From: Heterodontus francisci
Taxonomy: Eukaryota
Direction of reading: 5' to 3'
DNA: 64,000 nucleotides
Assembly: GCF_036365525.1 (NCBI RefSeq)
Contig: NC_090387.1
Location: 90,127,691-90,191,690 of the forward strand
In this document: in pieces, positions 1 to 12,000 of the stretch
How the letters are laid out: each line of letters opens with the position of its first letter
How positions within the stretch are numbered: position 1 is the stretch's first letter
Program-made: the position numbers and the translations under genes
The notes under the pieces: generated by a model
What the model was told of the DNA's origin: nothing
The model's input: only the letters and a program-made list of their open reading frames with translations
Databases searched by the model: none

Positions 1-240
1 CCATTGTCTGGCATCGCCCTCGCTGGCCGTTCCCGGGCCTTGCCCCCTCTGACCACTCCACTCCCGCGCCTTGTCCGCTCTGACCACTCTGTCTCTGGGC
101 CTTGCCTTCTCTGACCGTTCCAATCCGGGGCATTACCCCCTCTGATTACTCAGCTCCCAGACATCACCCTCTCTGTCCACTCTGTTCCTGGCCCTTGCTC
201 CCTCTAACTGCTCTGCTCTCAGGGCTCTCTCTTAATAACC
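1..240. repeat. Degenerate minisatellite, ~30-bp unit (CCCCTCTGACCACT...GGGCCTTG)
   Basis: CTCTGAC(C/T)AC-like cores recur about every 30 nt. Confidence 0.7.
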
Positions 241-779
241 ACTCAACTTACAGCCGCGCCCTCTCTCTTTATGTGTTCATGGATGTCGTGCACGTACAAC
301 ACCGCCTGTTGTCTTTAACTAATGACCATCTGTCAGATATATCACTATCATGAGACTCTGTATGAATCCGATCATTATATAATAGGGTAATATAACAAGG
401 GTAAAGAATAAGAGTTACACTACTAAATCTGCACCCTTATAAAATACAAGAGAGGTGTATTTCAGCAGTCGAGTGAGCATGTGGTCCCAGCTAATTTACA
501 GTGTCTGAGGGACCCTATTCCCAGCAGAGAAAGAAAATAAATACTGATATTTTTATAGCTCCGTTCACAACTTCCGGAAGTCGCAAGGCGCTTTGCAGTA
601 AATGAAGTACTCTTGAAGTGCTGTCACTGTTGCAATGTAGGAAATAGGGTGGCTCAAGGCCGATTAGGAAGCTCCTACAAACTGTAATAAAAACTGTAAT
701 AATCGCCTTTGTCTCTTCTGTATCATACTGTGTTTCTATTAAAATCTGTTTTAGTGATTTTGGTTGTGCTGGCTGTGTG

Positions 780-3150
780 GCACTAATAAGGGCATAGTCG
801 GAGTGGCTGGCAGGGATACTGGCATGCTCTCCTGGCACTGTGTCCTAGCAATGCTTTGCAAGAAATGAGTCTAGGCATGATGCGTCAATTTTAGAGACCC
901 TGTCGGCAGTATCCCTCACAGCCAAAATGGCAGCAATGCATGCTTCCATTGGAGTGGGGTTGGGGTGGGGGTGGGGGGAGGGGGGGGGGGTTGCTGCCAG
1001 GAAAACTGTCAGAGCGGGCAACAGTGGATTCATCTCCATGGAGCTCATCATTGAGTTCATTGTTGATAGTATTGTTTCCATGCTCTGCGTTAAGCTGTGA
1101 CACAATTTGGAGCTGGAATTGTGCTTGCCCTGAGCCTTTCCACGCAGGCCTGCTGGCAGGCTGTCCAGTGCACCAACAGGTTCAGCAGACTGCGCCCACG
1201 AATTCAACATCTGAGCCCTCTGAAGCAGCGACAGATCTAGCTGGCACTTTTAGCACCCCATCCCCGTCTTCGCTCCTGCACACTTGTTGCCAGTGATTTA
1301 GCGAGGAATGAAACCTTCCGGAGGCTTCTCTCTCACTTTTACATGGTGTCAGCTTGAGCTGCCGCTTGGTCCAGTCTTATCGAGTCATGCTGTATCTTCC
1401 CTCTCCTGGAGTGGAAGGGGTCTGTTCACATTTTCATCATCTGAAATGGAAGAGAGGGACAAGGTTTTCTTTTAGTGTGCCGAGAGAAAATAGAGGGAAA
1501 TGGGTACTGAAAGGTGACTCAGTTTGTAATGCGGAATGGTAACGTGAGATAGAAGTAAGAAAGGAAAAGAGGGCAAGTTGTGAAGAAACCGTGTGCGACG
1601 TCTCCTCGAGCATTGCCATTCAACTCAGTCATCATTCTGCCCCTGTCCATGAAGGCCAGCACACTATAATACACAGGGAACACAATGTGCAGGTGAACTG
1701 GGCCTTTTCCAGTTGCAGCCTTCTGCAATGTGTTGTAAACAAACCTCTCCTACAAGAAAGTATAGGTTAGTGACATTGTTCAGAGGTGTTCTGTGAATGT
1801 CCCTGTTAAAGTTGATTCATTCCTATGTTGTGTGTAAGGTATGAGATATGACGAAGAGGGAGTAGCAATACTGATGAGAGGAGGAGGTGTAGAATAAATG
1901 ACTATCAGTAAAAGGCAATAAAATGAGCTGCGCTATAGCGATTGCAGGACAGTGAAGGGTAGCAGGGCAGGCAACTAATGTGAGTAGCAAGGCTGCAAGT
2001 GGTGGAGTTGTGAACAGAGTAAGAGAGCAGTATTGTGACCTTGGGAACATCGCTTGACTCTGCCTTTGACTCAGCTAATCTGCTGCTGAAACCCTTATCC
2101 ATGTCTTAGTCACCTCTGGAGTTGACTATTCCAACTTACTCCTGGCTAGCCTCCCATGTCAAACCCTCCATAAATTTAAGGTCATTCAAAACTCTGCTGT
2201 CCTGCCCTAGCTCGTGCCAAGTCCCGGTCACCTATATTTCCTATACTCACTGACTTCCGTTGGCTCCAGGTTAAGCAACGCCACCATTTTCAAATTGTCA
2301 TCTTGTTTTCAAATACCTCAACAGCTCCGTTTTTTTGCAACTTCCTCCAATTCCACAACCCTCCGAGATATCTATTGCCCTCCAATTAGGGATTCTTGAG
2401 CGTCCTTGATTTTCATTGCTCCACCATTGGTTGTCAGGCCTTCAGATGTCAAGGCCGGAAGCTCTGGGATTCCCTTCCTAAACATTCCCACCTCTCTAAC
2501 TCGCGATCCTCTTTAAAGACGATCCTTCGAACCTAACTCTCCGACTAATTTTTTTGTCATCGGCCCTCATCTTATGTGGTGTGATACTTTATACCATAAC
2601 GCACCGGTGGAGCGCTTCGAGACGTTTAATTGCGTCCAATGCTCTATATAGATCAAAGTTATTGTTACTGTTGTTCTTGTTATTGGCGGTTGTGAGGACT
2701 CTGATGATCTCATGGAACATTTTACGCTATTGCAGCCGGTCCTTGGAGCTAAGCTGCTGGCATTAATCTCCGTTGCAACCTCGTCCCACTGACGGAGGAC
2801 CTGCTGCCTGAAGGGCTTCTGTCCCACACGGGGGGAGAACTGGATGTCCCTCCTGTTGTGCACCGCCTGCGCCAAGGCCTCGTAAAACACATCAGAGAAT
2901 CTGGGGATCTAATCAGTTGGTTGCCATTTCTTTACTCAGAAACGTTTTCTTTTGTTGCAGCAGCATGCACCTCCCATTTAGGAGGAGCTGGTTGCTTTTA
3001 AGTGGCGTCAGTGGAACTGTATTTGCCGCCTCCTAACAGTAGTCAGTTAATAGAATGGTCATCGGCAATCTCCTGCAACGGCAGGTCTGCCCAGCATTCA
3101 ACTACGTCACGGATCAAGCGCAGAACTGAAATCAATGGGGATAAGCGGAA
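780..3150 (-). mobile_element. Decayed PIF/Harbinger-derived Myb/SANT-like gene remnant, interrupted by an L2 fragment
   Basis: Minus ORF 2567-2890 (EALAQAVHNRRDIQF...RQWDEVATEINASSLAPRT) resembles a Harbinger Myb/SANT-like domain. The segment at 845-1210 resembles the downstream coiled-coil exon. Confidence 0.55.
2040..2685 (+). mobile_element. L2-clade LINE 3' fragment
   Basis: Degenerate VTS-VDYSNLLLASLP and IQNSAV coding remnants, ending in a (TTG)n-like tail near 2658-2685. Confidence 0.7.
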
Positions 3151-3199
3151 AACCATTCTAATAGCTGAAATCACAACAGTCACAAAATAATATAATTGT

Positions 3200-3600
3200 G
3201 AGTATTAGAGGATAATCATCTCAACTCCGGGACATCGCTGTGGCAGTTGCTCAGGGAAGGGTTCAGTAATTCAACGTGAAGTGACTTTCCTCCACCATCG
3301 GGTCTGAAGTGCAGCTGATGATTGCAGAATGTTCAATTCCAATCACAATTCCTCAACTAATGATGTAGTCCTTGTCAGCACTAAGAACTGCAGGCTTTGG
3401 CGCAAAAGCGACAAATGACATTTAAGTCACAAGTTCCAGACCATGTCCTTCTCCAACCAAAGAGAACATACCCGCCTGTTCTTGACATTCAACAGCATTA
3501 CCATCGCCGAATCCCTCACGATACATATCCTGGCCGTTGCCATTGATCAGAAACTCAACTTGCGCAGCATGTCAAAGCCCTGGCAAGTGGGCCTCATTCT
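3200..3600 (+). mobile_element. Old fragment of the LINE family seen at 26.5-30.9 kb
   Basis: LTFNSITIAESLTIHILAVAIDQKLN matches [26 protein letters not shown] of ORF 29859-30587. Confidence 0.75.
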
Positions 3601-4349
3601 GTGCCGTAAACTGTCTATGATTCTGTGACTCACTGCCGGCGTACTCTGACTGAAGGGTCTACAATAGGCAGCATTAATGGTCCTTCTAATTATCCATCGT
3701 GTGGCTGGTTATCGCGCTCTTCTCCTGTTGCTCAAGCCGCGTTTCATGAGATTTCTTTTAAATGAGAACGAGGGTGCGCGCTGCCACTTATAAGCCATCT
3801 GCTGACATGATTTTACTCCTTGAAGCTGGCAGGGGCAGTCAAATGTTAATGGACGAATTTTCGTGGCAACTTCTAACATACCTCACATTGAACAATAGGA
3901 TCGTTTGCCTATTATCACACACAAACTGTACTTTAAGGGAGTGAAAACGTCTGTCCAAAAAAATGATCTCTTAGGGGAAAGATCATCATGGCAACCTAGG
4001 TGACAAAAGCAATCCCCCTGGTCCTGTGGACCTGACTGAGAATAAGTGATCTCATAGTAGTGGAAGCCGGTTTCGGGTCAGGCTGCTCCTCCAGAGGTTC
4101 TTTACTAAATGCAGCCTCACCAGATTTGAGTGACTTCTTGAAAGGAGACTGGGCCTCGGACTTATCCTATTCCTTTGATGCGTAATGAAGCTTGACTCAA
4201 TGTAATGCTTATCCTCTGCACCGGTTAAGGTACTATAGATAAGAATCTCCGTTGGGAAACCCATACTGAAGGCTGTGTGAGATCTAAGAAAAAGGTTTTC
4301 CATTTAACTGAAGGGCAATACAAAGACAGGTAGAAGGCCGAATTCTATG

Positions 4350-5572
4350 AATAAATTACCAACTTATTATTATTGATGAGGGCCATGCTGTTGATGTGGT
4401 GTACATAGACTTTCAAAAGGCGTTTGTTACAGTGCCACACAATAGACTTATGAGCAACATTATAGCTCATGGAATAAAATGGCCGGTAGCAACATGGATA
4501 TGGAATTGGCTGACTGGCAGGAAACAAATAGGAGTAGTTAATGGATGATTTTTTCGGGTTGGCGGAAGGTTTGTCGTGGAATTCCCCAGGGGTCAGTGTT
4601 GGGACCCTTGCTTTTCCTGATATATATTAATGACCTAGACCTTTGTGTACAGGGCACAATTTCAACGTTTACAGATGATACGAAACTTGGAAGCATTATG
4701 AACTGTGAGGTGGACAGTGTGGAAATTCAAAAGGACATAGACAAGTTGGTGAATTGGGCATACAGGTGACAGATGAAATTCAATGCAGAGAAATATGAAG
4801 TGATTCATTTTGTTAGGAAGAACATGAAGAGAAAATATAAAATAAAGGGTACAATTCTAAAGGGGGTGCAGGAGCAGAGGTACCTTGGTGTATGTGTGCA
4901 TAAATCATTGAAGGTGGCAAGTCAGGTTGAGAGAATGGCTAATAAAGCATACAGTACCCTGGGCTTTATTAATAGGGACATAGAGCACAAGAGTAAGGCA
5001 GTTATGTTGAACTTATATAAGACACTAGCTCGGCCTCAGCTGAAGTATTGCGTCCTGTTCTGGGTGCCACACTTTAGGAAAGACGTGAGGGCATTGGACA
5101 GAGTGCAGAAAAAAATCGCGAAAACTGTTCCAAGGATGAAGAACTTCAGTCATGAAGATTGATTTGAGACATTAGGGCTGTTTTCCTTGGGGAAGAGAAG
5201 ACTGAGAGGTGATTTGATAGAGGTATTAAAAATCATGAAGGGTCTGGACAGAGTAGATGGAGAGAAACTGTTCCCAGTCGTGAAAGGATCGGGGATGAGA
5301 GGACAAAGATTTAAAATATTTGGTAAGAGAAGAAAAAGTGACGTAGGAAAGACTTTTTTCACGCAGAGAGTTGTTAAGGTCTGGAACGCACTGCCTGAGA
5401 GCATGATGGAGGCAGTTTCAATTGAAGCAATTTTATATGAAAAGGAAGAATGTGCAGGATTACGGAGAGAAGGCGGGGTAATGGAACTGAGTAAATTGCT
5501 TTTGCGGAGAGCCAGTACGGACAAGACGGGCCGAATGGCCTCCTGCGCTGTAACAATCCTGTGATTCTCTTA
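4350..5572 (+). mobile_element. 5'-truncated CR1 LINE (RT C-terminal half and 3' UTR)
   Basis: [41 protein letters not shown] and FFTQRVVKVWNALP, with frame disruptions. Confidence 0.92.
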
Positions 5573-5669
5573 TTCTTGTCCAACCTAAAACGTATTTTTA
5601 AAAGTTACTTCCACCTCGATCCCTGCTTCAGCTATCAGACGAGGCAATTCAGCCATAAATGACGGGTTT

Positions 5670-5957
5670 GGAATGGTTGATGTCATCCTGTAACAGCCGT
5701 CATTTCCTTACCCCCGCCAATAGGGGTGCGGATAATTCTTAACCCCGCCCCCCAACCCTTTACTTTCAACAACACGCACGGGCCAGTATTTCATGACTTC
5801 GGGTCCCGACCTCATTATTTCCCTCCACCCCCACAGGAAATGCTTAACCAGGGGACGTCAATCCTCATTGTGAGGTTTTCCACACTGCGACCGCTCAGCG
5901 TTCTTAGAAACCATCACTCGTTCAGGTCTGTTCCTCCGACAGATCAATTGGTTCAAA
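5670..5957 (+). promoter_or_regulatory. Candidate TATA-less promoter of gene A
   Basis: CRE-like TGATGTCA (5678-5685) and GGACGTCA (5853-5860), GC boxes (~5711, ~5742) and an ETS core CAGGAAAT (5834-5841) directly upstream of the ATG. Short motifs only. Confidence 0.4.
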
Positions 5958-6012
5958 ATGTTGGCGAATAATGTACTTCAGTACCTCTCTATTCTGGGAA
6001 TCATTTTCACAG
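5958..6012 (+). CDS. Gene A exon 1, signal peptide MLANNVLQYLSILGIIFT(G)
   Basis: ATG, hydrophobic core, donor CAG|GTAACT, phase 1. Homologous to the gene B leader (Q...LGII..G). Confidence 0.88.
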
Positions 6013-9000
6013 GTAACTGCCCTTTGTATGACCCTCTTTCTCACCAAATAACTTTCCTTTCATGTCAAATGCATCGCTTTCCTCTGTACTGTTTGACTGA
6101 CTCCCTTATCCTCGAGCTTTTTTTCCTGCAATGTTATCTCTCACTGATTCTTCCTATAGGCTACAGCGAAACGTCGGTCAAAGTGACTCAGCTCCCTGAG
6201 AGTGCGAGCACAAACATGGGTACAAACATCTCCTTTCATTGCACGCTTCCCTTCTTTCAAGACGGCCCACCTGTGAAAGTCTACTGGTGGAAGGAGGGTG
6301 AGAATCATTTTTTAAGCACAGGACAAGATGATAGAAAAGTAATTGGCTTCAAGACTAAATTCAGCGGCTTCCTTCGGATAATCAATGTGAGTGTACAGGA
6401 CTCAGGAGTATACTATTGCACTGTCACTCATCGAGGCAAAATCGTTGGAAACGGAACAGGGTCGAAATTAGTTGTAACGGGTAAGTATAAACACCACGAA
6501 TGAGATCGCTGTAACTGTAATATTTCACAGCAAAGATACCCAGCGGATCATTCGTGCTTTCGAATATTTTCATTCTACACTGGCTCACACGTCAAAGCAC
6601 TTCCCAGTTACCTTTTGAACGATTCAGTTTGGAACTCAGATTCCAACTGCTTCTTTGTATAACTTCAATTTACACAGAAAACTTGATAGAGTTACATATT
6701 GATGAGTAATGCAATGCTTCGCCACCATTAAACAAATTAAGTGTGCTTTTAATTCCTGCAGATAGTGTAAACGCGTTCTATCGGATAAACTGCTCGTTCA
6801 TCAGCCCGATTTTCCTCTTAGAAGTCAATTGATTAAAAGATAGCTGTAAAAATCGGCCCCAAAGTTAAACTAGAGTTCAATATGTGAACAGATTCATCGT
6901 ACGATTTACGAGCACTATCTATATAACAAACGCTTCAAATTTGCAATATAAGTGGAGGATGATCCGTCACTGAAGTATATGGGCTGCAATGATCTTCTAT
7001 GGACACGTTTTAACTTCGAGTGATAATCTAAAAACGGCCATAGCAAATCGGCAGCCTGCGTCACATTTGTTCTGACATAAATGGTAATAAAAATCGATAG
7101 AGATATAAAACGGACTGTCGATTTGCTATCACCCGTGTTACACTCTCGCGCAAAAGCAAAACCGACTCGGAGGTGTTTACCTACCGTCGTAAGCTGGCGT
7201 CTTATTCTATTTAATGAGGCAGATTTTCAATTTGCACATCCAGGGTGAACCTGGAGCTGGGAATGAGCCACCTGTTATGGAGACCGTTCCTGATAAGGAA
7301 AATAGAGGTCCAGCTGTTTATATACGGGTTTATCGATCAGAAATGCCAACTAGCAAGTTCGAAATCTCCTCCAGTATTGCCTGTGTGGCTCACTGGTGTG
7401 AGTCCTGCCTCTGAGCTTATGAACTTAAGTTTCATTCCAGAGACTTGAATATGTAATCCAGGCTGACCTTTCAATGTAGTACTGAGGGAGTGCTGCACTG
7501 TTGGAGATGCCGCCTGCCTGATAAGTCGTTCACGCGCGAGCCCATCTACGCTCTCAATTGGATGTAAAAGATCCTACGGCACTATTCGAAGAATTGCGGG
7601 GGATGTTGGCCAATACTTATCCCACTGCAAGCCACTGAAACAGATTTCCCTCTTATTAGTGGATCCATGCTTTGTGCAAATTGGCTGCAGTTTCCCCATC
7701 ATAATATGATGGTATAATTCGAAAGTACTTCATTGTCTGTGTTGGCTTATCGGAGCTGATATTTACTCCCGTCTACGGGTTTATAATTACTTGAACCACA
7801 TATTGAGAGTTTTGAAAGCGGGGTGATAATAACAGTTCATGGCCTCAGCCTGTATCCTGGGCCAAGAAACCTAAATCTCTATCATTTTCCGAATCGTCAG
7901 TAAATAAGATATTGAGCAGTTTCTGAGTTCTGAAGCCTCGACCGCTTCGACAAATTGTGCTTTTTCACCAGTTGTAATACTGGCGCCCTTAGACAGGCTT
8001 TAAATCGATTCAACCCGCTCCTCGGTTCTTTGTGCAACAGATGATTTCAACAAACTTCCTAAATTGCGTAAGTCGTATTATTTGTTTCGTCGAAGGAACC
8101 GTCGAGGGGTTAAGCAGTCTATGATCTTTACCCTTATGGAAAGATCCAGTCTTTCCCCTGAGGTGTATTTTAAATTTGTGAGTTTAGCTTTAAGAGATTG
8201 AAGAACAATCCTCCCTTGTTCCAATTGTTAAAGCCTGAAAATCAGTACTGAATAATAGAATACAACAAGAAATTCTAACGAGCAAATGCGATCGAAAATT
8301 ATACCATTTTTTCAAGAATAAAGAGGGGAACATAAACATCAAGTTTAAATTTAGAAGGTGCCGCTACCAATGTGGCTGCTGAAAGCGCAGAGAAAACAAT
8401 GTCCTGTCACAAATGCAATGATGGGTTTCTAATCTTCAATGATTCACATGTGACTTTTTTTACCTCCATTTTCTAGTTCCGCCAACTCTACTGAAAATTA
8501 CGTCTCAGGAACCTAAACAAGATCCTTCTGCATCTCTGACTGTTGTGTGCACGACATCTCCCTTTTACCCGGAGAATATCAGCATCGTTTGGTATAAGGA
8601 TGGCACCAGAACTTCAACAGGGATAAATCAAATTATTGAACGCAACACCGATGGACTATATGAAGCTTCCAGTCAGTTGCAAGAGACGCATCCTGTCTTG
8701 CCCGGGACCATTTACACCTGCCTGGTGTCTCACAGTACCCTCCACTTTCCAGCCACTTACATTGCTACATATCTCAGCACAGGTAAGATTGCAAATTTCA
8801 GTTATTGCAGATAGAACAGATGCGACTCTTCCGGTTTCATTCATTGGTGTATTCCCCCTCTTTCACCAGGTTTTAAATCCGTGAAAATGTAGGACATCTG
8901 CTTATTTTTGTTCACTTTTAATAAGGTTTAATTCCGTGCCAAGAGCTCCGCTATTACGGTTGTTGGTCTCCTGCCTCATCCTGTGGTTCGCCTGGAAACC

Positions 9001-12000
9001 TGGAGTCACGGTTCAGGTGTGCAACTGACTCTTTAGACAAAACCGGCAGTAACTTGGGGCCTGTAATTTGGTCCGGAATCGCTGTGCCCTGCATCCTACA
9101 ATCCGTGCTCACAATCTGCTGCGGCTATTAAACACTCTACAATGTTAAAATTAATCATTGTCCCTTTCAGTTGCAATCTTATTATCAACAGGAAACTAGT
9201 TCAAAGTGAGATCTAAGAATATACTTTTTCATGTAACTATACGACGGTGAATAAAAATATAAAAATAGCATTGATTTAAATTTGTCTGTTCTTTCAGACC
9301 GCAGGTTTGCTGGGAATAATTTGTCAGACAATAACTCATTGTTTACAGCTGTGTTTGGGTGACAATTTGAACATGTCCTTCATATTTATATATTTATATT
9401 TTGTACTAATATTTTAGATCGTGAAAACATCTCCCATTCCTTACTGATTTCTAGATGTGCATGGGGTGGATTTGTATTTCTAATGGTGGCTTTCATTATT
9501 GGGATGCAATGTCATTTAAAAAGAATAAAGGTAATACAATTCTTCTGTAATTTAAAGACAGCCTTAGAGACTTAAGGAACCATTCAGTGCAAATTACATA
9601 GAATTAGATAGATATTGAAATGCAAAACAGGCTCGTTGTCCTAACAGCGCATATTGGTATTTATTCTCCAAACTCGCAGTATTCAAATCCCATGTCCATT
9701 TAACTCAGCACCTCCCCAACCTGTTATTTAATGCTGGCATGACATCTGATCCATTTCCCAACTTCAGAAGTGCCTTCCACATCTTCAAAACCATCTGTGG
9801 AAAAAGTCTTTCCTGCTCTCTTATAGTTTATGTTATATCTGTATAGATATAACATCAATGGAAAAAGTCCGGCGTAATTTTAACTTTTGATCAAAGTGTA
9901 AAGTTGGCAATATTGGATCAGCCTTAGAAATCGAACCCGATTTGCTCGAATGGAAACCAAAATCAGGCGAGATGTAGAACGGGCAGCCAATCAAATGCTG
10001 CCCGTTTTACACTATCGCCATAATTAAGTCTATTTACTCCGTCCCATCCTCCATAATGTTAAACACAGAAAAATCACCAATAATCTTCTCTGCTCTGATG
10101 AAACAGTCGCACTTTTCAAGAGTTGGTGCAGAGGCGAACTTATTTAGGTAATTGGACGAATCGGGGTGCGTTATTCTGTCACAAAGCAGCGATCTAGTAA
10201 TATTACACAGTGGCGCAGTGGTTAGCACCGCAGCCTCACAGCTCCAGCGACCCGGGTTCAATTCTGGGTACTGCCTGTGTGGAGTTTACAAGTTCTCCCT
10301 GTGTCTGTGTGGGTTTCCTCCGGGTGCTCCGGTTCCCTCCCACATGCCAAAGACTTGCAGGTTGATAGGTAAATTGACCATTAGCAATTGCCACTAGTAT
10401 AGGTAGGTGGTAGGGAAAATATAGGGACAGGTGGGGATGTGATTGGAATATGGAATTAGTGCAGGATTCGTATATAATGGGTGGTTGATGGTCGGCACAG
10501 ACTCGGTGGGCCGAAGGGCCTGTTTCAGTGCTGTATCTCTAAAAACTAAAAAAAAACTTACGCCCCTACCAGCTCACGTAATGAAATGCAACAACTCGAT
10601 GTGATGCTTGAGGGCGATGAAGTCAACAAAATGGGACGAGGCTCGTGTGGAGCATAAACACTGGCATAGACCTGTGGGGCCGAGTGGCCCGTTTCTGTGC
10701 TTTAAATTCTATATAATTCTTTGTAGACTTGAATAAGTCTTGCCATTAGCATTTCGGCAGTCATGGATTCGAATGTATAACGGTCACAGATAAACTGGCA
10801 ATACGCACACGTCTGAATCCAGATTTGTGAACATAATTTAAACTTTTGCATTAAATCTGCCAGCTGTAACCTCTGATTATGTACATACCCGCGGACTGAA
10901 TGCTTCAGTGTAAAATAGTGAACTCCATTCATTGCCAGGAGTAGAGATCTATGCGAAGCCCTCAAATTCTCATGAACAAACAGTTCATTTATCCTAAGTA
11001 ACGCCACATATAAATATGTAACTTTATTTTCAGAATCAGTAGGAAGCGGTTCGATCTATTTCATGCAAGAATGCGTTTGGTCTCATTTCAATGTTTTAAT
11101 ACTTTTACCTCCAATAGCCTGTATAGAAAATGCTCCCTTATATCTGTTCCCGATGTATTTTCCATACACATTGTTTGTTCCTTAGCAAAGATTAAAGCAA
11201 TAAACCGTCCCACCATATCTAAATCATGGAAAATTTTACATACGTTCCGAGATTTAATGCCAATTTGGGAAGATTCAGCGTCTCAAAATTTCCTCCTATC
11301 TCACCCTTTTTTTACGTTTAAGATTAACCTTGCTCTTTTTCTTCTTTCGTTCTTGTATGTAAGCCTCTTTTTGGTTTTAGTGAGAAAGTTAACGTTATAT
11401 TCCAAATGTGGTCCCCAATTGCATTTTTTTTAGCTTTCTCGGGACCGCTTGTATTCGAGGTTCTGGTTTTATGTCCTGGAATTCTATTATCTGTTTAGGG
11501 GTCTGGATGTTGAAAGTGATCTGCCTATAGTGAGATTCAGACTCTTTCTAAATCGCTGTGTGCTAATTCAATATTATTTATTGCATGAATGTTTAGGCTA
11601 GGTATAAACCTTCTCATTTACTTGTGTTAAACTTCTTAAAGGATCTATTCGCTTCGCGTTCTTTCTATAACAATTGTGTCTGCAAATCTATTTAACCTTG
11701 ACTGGTCTGCTCAGTGCGAATAGATTTGTTCTTATCCCGAACTTCCGGTGTGATTGAATAGTAACGGACGAGCTAATTCGATTGGGCTTCACGTTAAATC
11801 CCAGGTCACAGAAACCTTTTTCTTCTTTTATTACTAAGTTAAATGGCTCAAAAAAATCATGTACCGCCGACCGGCGATTTTCCTGTCGACGCTCCCTTTC
11901 GGAAAATCTGAACTGGGAGTCCGCACAATTGAAGTGAGAGCATAAATAAATAACTTGTTTTGTATTTCGGTCCCTGCAGACAGACGCGGATGCAAAAGCG

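Noticed and set aside
6419-6426. CACTGTC after YYC as a relic RSS heptamer
   Set aside because: Explained by Cys-Thr-Val codons. No nonamer at 12/23 spacing was seen, and it is not conserved in gene B.
5958-6503. 181-aa single ORF in the ORF track
   Set aside because: It reads through the 147-nt in-frame intron 1 (6013-6159) and past the V donor. Canonical splice sites and the gene B comparison favour the spliced model.
9298-9304. 7-nt micro-exon (CTTTCAG|ACCGCAG|GTTTGC) between C1 and TM
   Set aside because: Not frame-preserving, and no counterpart in gene B.
10208-10265. tRNA gene
   Set aside because: It is the tRNA-derived head of a V-SINE. The same applies to 24316, 26514 and 49162.
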